Source: Myxococcales bacterium (GTDB lineage: Bacteria; Myxococcota; UBA727; GCA-2721815). From it: a DNA stretch of 64,000 bases. Under the pieces are notes generated by a model that was not told the origin of the DNA, did no database searches, and saw nothing but the letters and a program-made list of their open reading frames with translations. Shown in pieces: positions 9,876-19,968 of the stretch; the first letter of the stretch is position 1; each line of letters opens with the position of its first letter. The position numbers were made by a program, and so were the translations under genes. Location: contig PBLQ01000061.1 of the NCBI GenBank assembly GCA_002721815.1, forward strand, positions 108,905-172,904, in the 5' to 3' direction.

Positions 9876-10859
9876 ATGGGCACAGAAGAGCTCGTACAAT
9901 CCATTCAAAGCGGATCCAGACGCGCACTGGCCAAGGCCATTACGCTGGTGGAAAGTCAAAAACACCATCACATTTTAGATGCCCAAGCTTTGTTGGCCCA
10001 GCTCGACCAATCCCAAAACAATACATTGCGTGTGGGCATCAGCGGCCCGCCGGGCGTTGGAAAGAGTACCTTTATTGAGGCTTTGGGCTTGTATTTAATT
10101 GGGCTTGGCAAAAAGGTTGCGGTGTTGGCTGTAGACCCCACAAGTCCCATCAGTGGTGGGTCCATTTTGGGTGACAAAACCCGAATGGAGCGATTGAGTC
10201 AGAATGAATCGGCTTTCATTAGGCCTTCGGCTTCTGGGGGCCATTTGGGTGGGGTGGCCCGTCAAACTCGCGAAGCTTTGGTTCTGTGCGAAGCAGCTGG
10301 CTATGATGTCATCCTGATCGAAACGGTCGGTGTCGGTCAATCTGAAATTGAAGTGGCCCACATGGTGGATTTCTTTTTGTTGCTTCTGCAGCCTGGTGGG
10401 GGTGATGAGCTTCAAGGTGTGAAGAAGGGCATCTTGGAAATGGCGGACTTGCTGTTGGTAAACAAGGCCGACGGTGAGTTGGTTGATATCGCCAAAAAGA
10501 CCCAACAAGAATACAAACGGGCAGCCTCTTTGTTGCGTCGCAGTAAAAACAGTGCACTGGTCACTTTTTCAATTAGCGCGCTTTCTGAAGTCGGCATTGA
10601 TAAAGTGTGGGATTGGTTGGTTCAAAGCCATGATGCTGCTAAAGCAGCAGGCACCTTGGCGGAGAATAGAAGTCTCCAAGCTCAGCATTGGATGCGCGCC
10701 ACCGCCGAAAAAGAATTACTTCAGCGGTTTTGGAACCATCCTCAGGTCGCGCAACTGGTCACCGGCAAACAGCACCAGGTCCAAGATGGAACATTACCGC
10801 CGACCCAAGCAGCATTGGACCTCCTTCAGGCCTTCGGGTCTCCAAATTCCAGCAAATAG
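9876..10859 (+). CDS. meaB: Methylmalonyl-CoA mutase-associated GTPase MeaB/ArgK.
   Basis: P-loop GISGPPGVGKST and VDPTSPISGGSILGDKTRM are typical of MeaB. Sits immediately downstream of the mutase. Confidence 0.9.
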   Translation: MGTEELVQSIQSGSRRALAKAITLVESQKHHHILDAQALLAQLDQSQNNTLRVGISGPPGVGKSTFIEALGLYLIGLGKKVAVLAVDPTSPISGGSILGDKTRMERLSQNESAFIRPSASGGHLGGVARQTREALVLCEAAGYDVILIETVGVGQSEIEVAHMVDFFLLLLQPGGGDELQGVKKGILEMADLLLVNKADGELVDIAKKTQQEYKRAASLLRRSKNSALVTFSISALSEVGIDKVWDWLVQSHDAAKAAGTLAENRSLQAQHWMRATAEKELLQRFWNHPQVAQLVTGKQHQVQDGTLPPTQAALDLLQAFGSPNSSK

Positions 10860-10864
10860 GTTTC

Positions 10865-11791
10865 ATGCCCGTGAAGAAATTTCAGCTAACCCAGCACGCT
10901 GCCGAGATGGCCTCATATTATAAAGAGAACGGGTATGTTGTTATTGAGAATTGCATCAATGACGATGACATCAACCAGTTTTTGACGGCATACGAACGGA
11001 CCAAGCGAAGTCGGACGTTTGTATATTACTCCCAATCCATCCATAAATGGATCAAACCTCAATTGTCTTCGGCGGGCTACATCGTCGAGTCTTTCGAGAA
11101 TGCCACCCGCTTGGTCAATGCGCCGTCTTTTGCGCAAGCCATAAAAAAGATTTTGTTTCATGAGAAAATATCGGAAGCTCTTACCGCTGTAAGTGGTTTT
11201 GAGCAGTTCGTCTCGTGGCAAGATATGTTTTTTGACCGATCCACTGGGACCATTGATCACCAAGATTCATGGTATCTCGACACCAGGCCCAATGGGTATT
11301 TGGTGGGGGCTTGGTATGCGCTCGAGGACATCCACCCGGAGTGCGGTCCCTTTTACGTTTATCCAAAAAGCCACGCGCTCCCCAGGCTTGAACGGCATTT
11401 AGACCATGATGAGTTCAGAAAAAAATCCTTAGATCAGATCACAGCGGCGAAAATTACCAAGGAAAAAGCCATGCTGCGTAAAGGCGATTTGTTGCTGTGG
11501 CACCCCTTTTTGTTGCATGGATCCGAAAGCTGCGAAAACGAAGCGCATTCCAGGAAATCATTTACCTCTCACTTTTTTCCTTTGGGGTTTGCTCGTGACA
11601 TGAAAGGGGAAACGTCAAGTCCGGTGGAGGTGTTGCGACGCGACCTCAACCGTTTAGAGCCAACTTTCAATCGGAATATTTTTCAAATACACGACGTGAA
11701 CCCTTACATATTTACGGGTAAAGGAATCCTCAAGGCCCTGCTTCAAAACAGAGAGGCCATCAAAGACATGCGTCGCTCATCTTATGAGTAA
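10865..11791 (+). CDS. Phytanoyl-CoA dioxygenase (PhyH) family Fe(II)/2-oxoglutarate oxygenase.
   Basis: HQD (His-x-Asp) plus the distal WHPFLLHGS motif. Start trimmed to the ATG 6 nt after the meaB stop; the longer ORF overlapping meaB was rejected. Confidence 0.6.
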   Translation: MPVKKFQLTQHAAEMASYYKENGYVVIENCINDDDINQFLTAYERTKRSRTFVYYSQSIHKWIKPQLSSAGYIVESFENATRLVNAPSFAQAIKKILFHEKISEALTAVSGFEQFVSWQDMFFDRSTGTIDHQDSWYLDTRPNGYLVGAWYALEDIHPECGPFYVYPKSHALPRLERHLDHDEFRKKSLDQITAAKITKEKAMLRKGDLLLWHPFLLHGSESCENEAHSRKSFTSHFFPLGFARDMKGETSSPVEVLRRDLNRLEPTFNRNIFQIHDVNPYIFTGKGILKALLQNREAIKDMRRSSYE

Positions 11792-11793
11792 GA

Positions 11794-12279
11794 TTATTGT
11801 AAGACTTTCGCCGTCCCGAAGATAATGCGGTCAAAAGTGCGGTTTAAGCTTTTGGACTGAAAATTATCCATCACCATTTGCTGATTTACCTCAATTTTTT
11901 GACCTTGTTTTAAATCGATTTTTAGAATCGCAGCCCATAGTTCTTTCGCGCTGTCATCTTTAAATTTGACGTAGGTGTAAGAGGCTGCATTGAAAGTTTC
12001 GACCACCGTCCCCACCAGTTTGACATCCTGAGCTTGTTGCACTTGAACGCCGCCGTGGTTTGGCGTTGCGGGCAATTGCGGGGCCGCCGGTGCTTGGGCC
12101 TGATTGCCCACCGGCGGATGGCCCTGTGGAAGTGCTGGCGCTGCTTGCGGTTTGCTGCCTGCGAGTCCTGATGGCGGCACTGCGGCTGGGTTATTGCCTT
12201 GCGACTCACAGCCGATTTGAATGCAAAGGAAGGACACGAACAAAATAATCAAAGGGTGGGACATTTTTTTCTCCGTCAA
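11794..12279 (-). CDS. Hypothetical lipoprotein with a Pro/Ala/Gln-rich linker.
   Basis: MSHPLIILFVSFLCIQIGC signal/lipobox, a low-complexity PA-rich linker, and a ~80-aa C-terminal globular domain. Overlaps the SNF2 gene stop by 4 nt. Confidence 0.5.
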   Translation of the reverse strand: MTEKKMSHPLIILFVSFLCIQIGCESQGNNPAAVPPSGLAGSKPQAAPALPQGHPPVGNQAQAPAAPQLPATPNHGGVQVQQAQDVKLVGTVVETFNAASYTYVKFKDDSAKELWAAILKIDLKQGQKIEVNQQMVMDNFQSKSLNRTFDRIIFGTAKVLQ

Positions 12280-15182
12280 CTGGCCACCTGCTTGGCTTTG
12301 GCGCTTTGTGCTTCCAAATCCAGCAAGTTGCGAATTTCATCTAAACTGAGCGAACGTGGGCCTGGGGCATCTTTGCCCAGCACACTCTCGGCTGCCATGC
12401 GTTTTTCATCAGCCAAGGCCAGCATCCGTTCCTCGATGGTGTCTTCACACGCCAGTCGAATCACGTGGACCGGTTTTTCTTGGCCGATGCGGTGGGCCCG
12501 GTCTGTGGCTTGATCTTCGACCGCTGGGTTCCACCATGGGTCGTAGTGGATGACAGTATCTGCGGCAGTGAGTGTAACCCCCGTGCCACCAGCTTTTAAG
12601 CTAACCACGATAACCGGAGGACCATCTTCCCGTTGAAAGTTCGCAATAATATCTCCACGGTTTTTAGAGCCGCCGTGCAGCCACAATGCATTTTCAACGC
12701 CTTCCTCTTTGAGAACTTCATGGATGATTTCTTGCATCTTTACGAACTGACTAAAGACCACCACGCGTCGGTTAGAGGCCAAGCACTCACGAATAATCTC
12801 CGCGAACAGCGCTCGTTTTGCTGAGGAGACTTCGCCGCCCTTCTTTTTGCCCAACACCAGTTGTGGGTCGCAGCACGTTTGTCGCAACCGCATCAATGCT
12901 GCTAAAATAGGTGCACGTGCGCGCCCACCGCGGTGAATGGAGAGTGCTTGTTCCACATCGGTGCGAACTTCGGCAAGAATACGAAGGTAAAGGCCTCGTT
13001 GGTCGTTGTCCATATCGCAGCGGTAGACCGTTTCGATTTTGGGCGGCAACTCGCTGGCCACATCCTCTTTCTTACGTCTGAGAATGACGGTGCGGCACCT
13101 GCGTCGGAGTTCTTCCAGGCGCATTTGATTGCCTTTGGCGATGGGGATCCCGTAACGTTTTTTGAATACGCGTTCGGTACCAAATAAGCCAGGGGTGACC
13201 ACCTCTAGAATGCTCCAAAGTTCCTCAACTCGGTTTTCAATGGGGGTACCGGTAAGCGCTAAACGTTGTTCACTTTTTATTTGTTTAACGGCTTTCCAAG
13301 CTTCGGTTTGTCGATTTTTTACGTGCTGGGCCTCGTCCATGATCAGATACCGGAAAGAGATTTTTCCCAGTTGCTCATCCACATCACGCCGGAGTAATGC
13401 GTAACTGGTGACCACCAAATCGGCACTGTCCATCTCGCCGAACTGTTCTTTACGTTCGCGACCATGCCATTTAATCACCTTCAAACCGGTCACATGTTTT
13501 TTTGCCTCTTGAAGCCACACGTCGATCACGCTGGTGGGGGCCACTACCAAACTGGGTTTGGACCCTTGATTTTGTTTGGCCCAAGCAAGAACCGCCAATG
13601 TCATCAAGGTTTTACCCAGGCCCATGTCGTCGGCTAAGATGCGGCCCAGGTTGAGACGATGGAGATGACGCATCCAAGCCATGCCGTCTTGTTGGTACGG
13701 TCGGAGTTCGGTGAGCACCGAGTCGGGAACCAAATGATCTTCTTCGCTGGCTTCTGCGGTGAATGACTCCAACCGCTTTTTGAGGTCGGATTGGCAATCC
13801 AGTTCCACTTTATCTTGGAGGCTCGCGGCCAATAAAGCGAGCTCAGTGGTCCCGATTTCACGAGTGGCCTCACTGTCTTTGAGGTCTAAAACATCCACCA
13901 GGTATTCCAAGCTTTTTCCCGCCGCAGGATCGAGTGTGATGATGGTGTCCTCATCGAGGGCCACTGCTCGCTGACCCGCCAATGCGGCTTTGGCCAAGTC
14001 ATCGTAGGCCACGGCCAAGTGTCGTGCCTCTTCCCCGATGTCCAAACGCACGGACAGAAGGTCTTGGTACCCTTCTTCGGCGTGTTCTACCCTCAGGATG
14101 GGTTTTTGTGGCAGCTGGACCACGCGAGGCAAACAATCTTCATCAATTTCGAGGTATTCAGGGACACCTTCACGTTCAACCAACTGTGCCAGGATATTGA
14201 GTGCTTTGGGACCTCCAGCAAAAAAACCGCGGTGGTTGGCAGCGGGTGAAAGCCCAAGGTTATACAGGGCCATGCGCGCATTTTCCTCGAGAGAGGTGGG
14301 ACGTGAGATCAGGGTGGTGACCCCTTCATCATTCTTCTCGCCAGCCTTGTACAGTGCGTGTACGGGGGCCAGCGCGCCTCGTGCTGGGATTTCCACTTCA
14401 TCGACCATGTCGTCGTAGGATACCTCTGTCACAAGATGAGCCCGCAACCCAAAACTGTCCTCGCCGTTACCAGAAGCCAATAAGGCGCGAACCATAATTT
14501 TGGCATCGGGTTCTGAGGGAACCCCTAAATCAAGAAGCTCTGAGAGTTCAACACCCAGGCCAACCACCGCACCAAAGGCGGCTTCTCCTTCTTCGGTGGT
14601 TAAACCTGAGATCGGTAAAGGCGCGGATTGTAAAAGCGCCACCGCTTCTCCCGGCAAAATGGGGGGGGCAACACGATATAGATGATGGCCATCCACCAGG
14701 AGCATTGCTTCTTGTTCCCCAATCACTTCGGGAGATTCTAACATTTGGTCGTCGTCATCAATGGCGATAAAACCCATGCCCGGCCCATGCTCTTCTGATT
14801 CGGTGAGAATAGACTTAAAGTGGGCTGGCTGGGTCACCTGGACCAAGCCACCTTTGCCTTCAATTTCTAAAGCCAAATCCGCCGCGAAACTGAGCAAGCG
14901 GCCCACTTGTGCTTTGGTGAGCGCAAACCGACCTTTGAACGCACGCGAGATGCCGGCTTCGGCCAAAATATTGAGTGCCGCTTTTTCGCGTTCGGAAAGG
15001 CCTTCTTCACCTTCCAGTATTTCGTGGACATTCACCATGGGCATATTGTGCGGCCCCACGTAAAGTTTTGCGAATGCACGATCTCCAGTGAGTCCATCTT
15101 CGTTGAAGACAAGTCGAATTCGGCGATTCGGCGCGTGAAGAGCGTTTTGCAGGTGAACCCAGGGCAAAGGTGCGTATTTCAT
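12276..15182 (-). CDS. SNF2/SWI2-family ATPase (DEAD-like helicase N plus helicase C) with a ~500-aa N-terminal domain of unknown function.
   Basis: 968 aa. Motif I LADDMGLGKT, motif II DEAQHVKN, the helicase-C region, and motif VI QATDRAHRIGQ. Confidence 0.85.
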   Translation of the reverse strand: MKYAPLPWVHLQNALHAPNRRIRLVFNEDGLTGDRAFAKLYVGPHNMPMVNVHEILEGEEGLSEREKAALNILAEAGISRAFKGRFALTKAQVGRLLSFAADLALEIEGKGGLVQVTQPAHFKSILTESEEHGPGMGFIAIDDDDQMLESPEVIGEQEAMLLVDGHHLYRVAPPILPGEAVALLQSAPLPISGLTTEEGEAAFGAVVGLGVELSELLDLGVPSEPDAKIMVRALLASGNGEDSFGLRAHLVTEVSYDDMVDEVEIPARGALAPVHALYKAGEKNDEGVTTLISRPTSLEENARMALYNLGLSPAANHRGFFAGGPKALNILAQLVEREGVPEYLEIDEDCLPRVVQLPQKPILRVEHAEEGYQDLLSVRLDIGEEARHLAVAYDDLAKAALAGQRAVALDEDTIITLDPAAGKSLEYLVDVLDLKDSEATREIGTTELALLAASLQDKVELDCQSDLKKRLESFTAEASEEDHLVPDSVLTELRPYQQDGMAWMRHLHRLNLGRILADDMGLGKTLMTLAVLAWAKQNQGSKPSLVVAPTSVIDVWLQEAKKHVTGLKVIKWHGRERKEQFGEMDSADLVVTSYALLRRDVDEQLGKISFRYLIMDEAQHVKNRQTEAWKAVKQIKSEQRLALTGTPIENRVEELWSILEVVTPGLFGTERVFKKRYGIPIAKGNQMRLEELRRRCRTVILRRKKEDVASELPPKIETVYRCDMDNDQRGLYLRILAEVRTDVEQALSIHRGGRARAPILAALMRLRQTCCDPQLVLGKKKGGEVSSAKRALFAEIIRECLASNRRVVVFSQFVKMQEIIHEVLKEEGVENALWLHGGSKNRGDIIANFQREDGPPVIVVSLKAGGTGVTLTAADTVIHYDPWWNPAVEDQATDRAHRIGQEKPVHVIRLACEDTIEERMLALADEKRMAAESVLGKDAPGPRSLSLDEIRNLLDLEAQSAKAKQVAS

Positions 15183-15280
15183 GAAAATTCAATCCTTTAT
15201 TGGCGATCAAAGAAGTTGGTCAGTGTCAGCACAAAAACAGTTATTTGAAAAGGGGATGCAACCGGGGGTATGATGCCTGA

Positions 15281-15730
15281 GTGGAAAATAATAACGAAAT
15301 TCCAGAAAAAATCTGGGAAAAAATGACCGAAGTGGCGATCGAGGCCATGCAGAACGCCTATGCCCCCTATTCCCGCTTTCAGGTGGGGGCGGCGCTCTTG
15401 ACTGAAAATGGAGAAATTTTACCCGGCTGCAATGTGGAAAATGCCAGTTATGGGTTGACTTTGTGTGCCGAAAGAACGGCTGTGGCCGCTGCTGTTTCCC
15501 AAGGCCACAAAAAATTTATCGGGGTTGTGGTGGTCACGAACACGTCGCCACCGAGTTCCCCCTGTGGTGTTTGTCGGCAAGTCTTACACGAGTTTGCGCC
15601 CGATCTTCCGGTGCGGTTGGTGAATCCAGCCGGTGAAACTCTCACGGTTAGCTTGGCCGACTTATTGCCCATGAGTTTTGACAAGACAGAATTGTCCAAA
15701 GGTCAAAAGCAGTCACCGGGCGCTGAATGA
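15281..15730 (+). CDS. cdd: Cytidine deaminase.
   Basis: CAERTA (HAE/CAE zinc ligand) and PCGVCRQVL motifs. 149 aa. Confidence 0.85.
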   Translation: MENNNEIPEKIWEKMTEVAIEAMQNAYAPYSRFQVGAALLTENGEILPGCNVENASYGLTLCAERTAVAAAVSQGHKKFIGVVVVTNTSPPSSPCGVCRQVLHEFAPDLPVRLVNPAGETLTVSLADLLPMSFDKTELSKGQKQSPGAE

Positions 15731-17061
15731 CCGCTGCACCTCAAACGCTTTTAAAGGGGGGGACCTTGCTCACCATGGTGCCTGAAGAAGGACCGATGGT
15801 GGCGGACATTCTCTTTGGGCCGGAGGGCATCGTTCGGATTGCTCAAGATATCCAACCCATTGAAAATACGAATATTTTAAACGTTTCAGGGGCTTATGTG
15901 CTGCCCGGTTTTGTACAGGCCCACGTTCATTTTTGCCAGACGCTGTTTCGCGGGCGTGCCGAACAGGTTCCTCTTTTGGATTGGTTGGAACAGTTTATCT
16001 GGCCCATGGAAGCAGCCCATACTGCGGACAGTTTGCGGGTGTCTGCCCGTTTGAGCATGGCCGAACTTTTGTTGGGTGGCACCACGGCTGCCTTGGACAT
16101 GGGAACCGTGCACCACACCCAGGTTCTGTTTGAGGAAGCGAAGGCAGCTGGTTTTCGGCTTATCACCGGAAAGGCCATGATGGACAAGGGGCCCAACCCC
16201 ATGGGGGGTTTGTTGGAGCAAACCGAAGCCAGTCTACAAATGGCCGATGATTTGGCTGCGCAATGGCACGATGCAGAAGGGTTGGTTCAATACGCTTATG
16301 CACCGCGCTTCATTTTATCTTGCACCGACGAGCTGATGCGTGAAACAGCCCAATTAGCCAGAGCAAGAAAGGCCCTCATTCATACCCATGCTTCAGAAAA
16401 CCCCGGCGAGTTAGATGTGGTTCGTGAGCGTTATGGGCGGGGGAACATCGGTGCTTTGGAAGATTTGGGTTTGGTGGGTCCAGATGTGGTTTTGGCCCAT
16501 TGTGTGTTGCCCGATGTGGATGAAACACAAATATTGCAGCAGTCCCAAACTGGTGTTGCCCATTGCCCCAGCACGAACCTCAAATTGGCATCCGGCGTGG
16601 CGCCCATCCCCGCTTATTTAAGCGATGGAATTCGTGTGGGCATCGGCGCAGATGGTGCACCTTGCAACAATCGTTTGGACATGTTTGCTGAAATGCGGTT
16701 GGCAGGATTGGTACAAAAGCCCTTACTGGGGGCGGCGGCTTTACCGGCCAAAAGGATTCTCGAGCTGGCCACGGTGGGTGGTGCCGATTTGGTGGGCCTT
16801 GGAGATCGAGTGGGGCAACTGAAAACAGGTTTTTCCGCTGATATTCAGGTGATCAGGCCTCAAGGGCCCCATATGTGGCCTGGTGCGGATCCATACACAG
16901 ACTTGGTGTACAGCGCCCAAAGCACAGATGTCGATGCCGTTTGGGTTCGTGGGTGCCAAAAAGTAGAAAATGGCGCTTTGATGGGTTGGGATATGGACGC
17001 GCTTTTTGAAAACGCGCGCACGGCCATCTCTGATTTACGGGAGCGTCTTGTCAGCAGCTGA
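15727..17061 (+). CDS. Amidohydrolase-superfamily deaminase (MTA/SAH deaminase MtaD-like or guanine-deaminase-like chlorohydrolase).
   Basis: Metal ligands HVHFCQT and HTHASE, and the ...D(G)APCNN aspartate. ATGA overlap with cdd. Confidence 0.7.
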   Translation: MTAAPQTLLKGGTLLTMVPEEGPMVADILFGPEGIVRIAQDIQPIENTNILNVSGAYVLPGFVQAHVHFCQTLFRGRAEQVPLLDWLEQFIWPMEAAHTADSLRVSARLSMAELLLGGTTAALDMGTVHHTQVLFEEAKAAGFRLITGKAMMDKGPNPMGGLLEQTEASLQMADDLAAQWHDAEGLVQYAYAPRFILSCTDELMRETAQLARARKALIHTHASENPGELDVVRERYGRGNIGALEDLGLVGPDVVLAHCVLPDVDETQILQQSQTGVAHCPSTNLKLASGVAPIPAYLSDGIRVGIGADGAPCNNRLDMFAEMRLAGLVQKPLLGAAALPAKRILELATVGGADLVGLGDRVGQLKTGFSADIQVIRPQGPHMWPGADPYTDLVYSAQSTDVDAVWVRGCQKVENGALMGWDMDALFENARTAISDLRERLVSS

Positions 17062-17104
17062 TTTTTAAGACATCCTCGCGACGCCTACAGACAGGAGTGC
17101 TCCC

Positions 17105-18388
17105 ATGGCGTTGCATGGAACCCGGTTCGGAAAATACAATTTACTCAAGCGCATCGCCGTGGGGGGCATGGCTGAAATCTTCTTGGCCAGGCAAGAGGGC
17201 CTAGAAGGCTTTGAGAAGATGATTTGCATCAAGCGAATTCGGCCTCACCTATCCAACCAACCCAATTTTGTGACAATGTTTCTCAATGAGGCCAAATTGG
17301 CGGCGCGACTGAATCACCCCAACATTGCGCAAATATACGATTTGGGCCGCATCAACGATTCATATTTTATTGCCATGGAGCACATCAGCGGTCGGGACAT
17401 GAGTCGCATCATTCCCAAGGCACAGACCAAAGGCATTGGGTTTCCCATGGTCTACGCTCTCAAAGTGGCGGCCAACGTTTGTGACGGACTGAACTACGCT
17501 CACACCAAAACGGATGCGTACGGCAACCCACTCCATATTGTTCATCGCGATGTGACCCCCGAGAATTGCTTGGTGGGATTCAATGGCACGGTCAAGCTGG
17601 TGGATTTTGGTATTGCTAAAGCGAACACACAGTTAGAAGAAACCCAGGCGGGCGAATTAAAGGGCAAGTTGTCTTATATGAGTCCTGAGCAAGCCATGGG
17701 AGAGCCCTTAGACCATCGCTCCGATATCTTTTCCTTGGGCGCGATTTTATACGAATGGATCACCAGCGCGCGTATTTTTACCGGCGAAAATGAGATGGCC
17801 ATCCTAAAGGAAATTGTGGACGGTCATATTTATCGTCCATCCTACTTCAAAGATAACGTCCCTGAGCCCGTCGAGAATATTTTAATGCGCGCGTTAGAAA
17901 AAGATCGGGAGAAGCGCTATCAAAGTGCGTGGGAGATGCAGTATGACATCGACACTTATTTGGCATCTTGCGAATTCACCCCATCCAATATTCATCTCGC
18001 AAATTTCTTAAAGCAAATTTTCGAAGATGAAATCCAAGACGAACAAGAGCAATTGGTGCGATTGCGAAATGAGCAAGTGTACCAAGAACCCAGCGCCTAT
18101 GATGACGTGCTGAATGAAGAGGTCTTAGACATAGATGCGCTGAGTGGCGAAATGGTGGCCGCATCCTTGGAAGGGGCCCCCTTGGTGGAGGGAGCTCCAG
18201 AGTTAGGGGAAAGTCCTTTTCATCGTACCCCAACACCTTCAGGGCGATTCACCCAGGGGACCACTGAGCTCACGGTTCAGTTCAGCCAAAAAGAAATGAA
18301 TTCCATAAAGAAAATGGCTGAACACAGTGGGTTAGAGCCGGATCAAGTGGTTCGCGAATTGGTGCGGCAACAGGGGCGATGGACCTAA
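17105..18388 (+). CDS. Eukaryotic-like Ser/Thr protein kinase.
   Basis: GKYNLLKRIAVGGMAEIF, AIKRI-like, HRDVTPENCLV, DFGIAK and SPEQ. RBS CAGGAG. Confidence 0.85.
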   Translation: MALHGTRFGKYNLLKRIAVGGMAEIFLARQEGLEGFEKMICIKRIRPHLSNQPNFVTMFLNEAKLAARLNHPNIAQIYDLGRINDSYFIAMEHISGRDMSRIIPKAQTKGIGFPMVYALKVAANVCDGLNYAHTKTDAYGNPLHIVHRDVTPENCLVGFNGTVKLVDFGIAKANTQLEETQAGELKGKLSYMSPEQAMGEPLDHRSDIFSLGAILYEWITSARIFTGENEMAILKEIVDGHIYRPSYFKDNVPEPVENILMRALEKDREKRYQSAWEMQYDIDTYLASCEFTPSNIHLANFLKQIFEDEIQDEQEQLVRLRNEQVYQEPSAYDDVLNEEVLDIDALSGEMVAASLEGAPLVEGAPELGESPFHRTPTPSGRFTQGTTELTVQFSQKEMNSIKKMAEHSGLEPDQVVRELVRQQGRWT

Positions 18389-18435
18389 GGACATTTAATT
18401 CCTCTTCGAGCCCAAAAGACGCTATAATTTAGACA

Positions 18436-19905
18436 ATGAGTGAATCGAAGAAAAAAGGGCCAGCACCCGTTCCTTTGGATGTTCCGTTGCCTGAGTTGGA
18501 AGTGTCCATTCCTTTGGCCAAGCCCGCCCTGGTCCCGGAGGCCTTTGATATAGGCCAACCCGTCGAAAAAAAAGGGAATTTAGACGCTGTTGCCCCGGAC
18601 AACACGGCGGCGCCGGACCTGAGATTGGCGCCGGAAGTGGCGCAAGCGCCCCAGGCTCAACCTCAAACCGCGGTTGAACCAAGTCCCGCGAGCCAAACGC
18701 CCGCCAAACAGCGTGACACTTCACGGGCGATTCCAAAAATGAAGGCCATTGAGAGCGATGACCCCTACCTGAACGGACTTCGGCCCCTGCGCCAAGCGGA
18801 GTTTTCTGAGGCCACCGAAAAATACGTGGGCCCTCAAGCGGTGGGGCCGATGAAATTGATGGCGTCTCGGGCCATGGCGCCTTTGGCGCCGCGAGATTTG
18901 ATTCGCGTGGTCTATCAGCTGATCTTCGACGATGAGGACAGAATCGCTGCAGCCGCATTACGTGCCTTTAAAGATCTCGATGATCGTGTTTTGTCCGCCG
19001 TATTGGGCGAGGCGTTACCACCCACTGTTTTGTTATTGTTGGCCAGGACATTGGTTCGAAGAAGCCTTCATCTTGAACGGGTTTTGCTCAACCGTGATAC
19101 GCCCGACGATGGTTTTGTTTACGTCGCCAACCATTGCGAAGATGCCGCAATTCTTTCCATTGTTGCGGGCAACCAAGAACGGATGTTACGCGAATACAAT
19201 ATCATTCGTGGTTTAACGAATAACTTGGCCACGGCACGGATCGACTTGGATCGCGCCATTGACTTCTTGGTTCGTGAAGGGGTCTTCTTAGAAGATCTGC
19301 CCCAATTTACCGAGGCATTTAATCGCTTGGGTAAAGCAGAGGCCATGGAAGCATTGAAAAATGTGGAAATCAGCCACACCTTGCTCACCGAAGAAGAGCA
19401 ACTGTTGTGTGCCCAGCACGGATTGACCGCCGAACAACTGCTGCTGGGTGGCATGCGCGATATCGGCAGTTTGCTCGAAGCGGAAGAATTAGATCTTCAG
19501 TCAAGACGCCGACAGCCTCTCAACACCTATCCCATCTCTGTGCAGATCAAGATGGCCATGTTGGGTGATCACATGTGCGTTTTGGAAGGACTTCACTCGT
19601 CTAACCGGATGGTGGCGTCAGCCGCCATTCGAAATCCCAAGGTTCGAGAGGGCGATATCATTAAAATCGCTAAAATTAAGTCAATTTCCGAAGAGGTGGT
19701 TCGTTACATCGCCAACAGTAAAGACTGGACCAAGTCTTACAAGGTGAAACATTCACTTATTTCTCACCCCAAGACACCACCTTCGATGGTGAAACGGTGG
19801 ATGCCCCTTTTGCGTACCACAGACCTCAAAACGCTGGCCAAGAGCAAGCAAGTGCCCATTCACGTGTCAAGAAACGCCAAAAGAATCCTGCTCAACAAAA
19901 GATAA
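18436..19905 (+). CDS. Hypothetical protein (Pro/Ala-rich N-terminus, helical repeat middle, basic C-terminal repeats).
   Basis: 489-aa ORF downstream of the kinase on the same strand. No motif I recognise. Confidence 0.45.
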   Translation: MSESKKKGPAPVPLDVPLPELEVSIPLAKPALVPEAFDIGQPVEKKGNLDAVAPDNTAAPDLRLAPEVAQAPQAQPQTAVEPSPASQTPAKQRDTSRAIPKMKAIESDDPYLNGLRPLRQAEFSEATEKYVGPQAVGPMKLMASRAMAPLAPRDLIRVVYQLIFDDEDRIAAAALRAFKDLDDRVLSAVLGEALPPTVLLLLARTLVRRSLHLERVLLNRDTPDDGFVYVANHCEDAAILSIVAGNQERMLREYNIIRGLTNNLATARIDLDRAIDFLVREGVFLEDLPQFTEAFNRLGKAEAMEALKNVEISHTLLTEEEQLLCAQHGLTAEQLLLGGMRDIGSLLEAEELDLQSRRRQPLNTYPISVQIKMAMLGDHMCVLEGLHSSNRMVASAAIRNPKVREGDIIKIAKIKSISEEVVRYIANSKDWTKSYKVKHSLISHPKTPPSMVKRWMPLLRTTDLKTLAKSKQVPIHVSRNAKRILLNKR

Positions 19906-19968
19906 GGGCAAAGGGATTGCAAGACCCTGGTTTTTTCGCCATGCTTTCGAGGCGATGGCGAGGGAAAA

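Noticed and set aside
10688-10864. Upstream extension of the PhyH ORF overlapping meaB
   Set aside because: The extension is Arg/Pro-rich with no homology. The ATG at 10865, right after the meaB stop, gives a canonical PhyH N-terminus.
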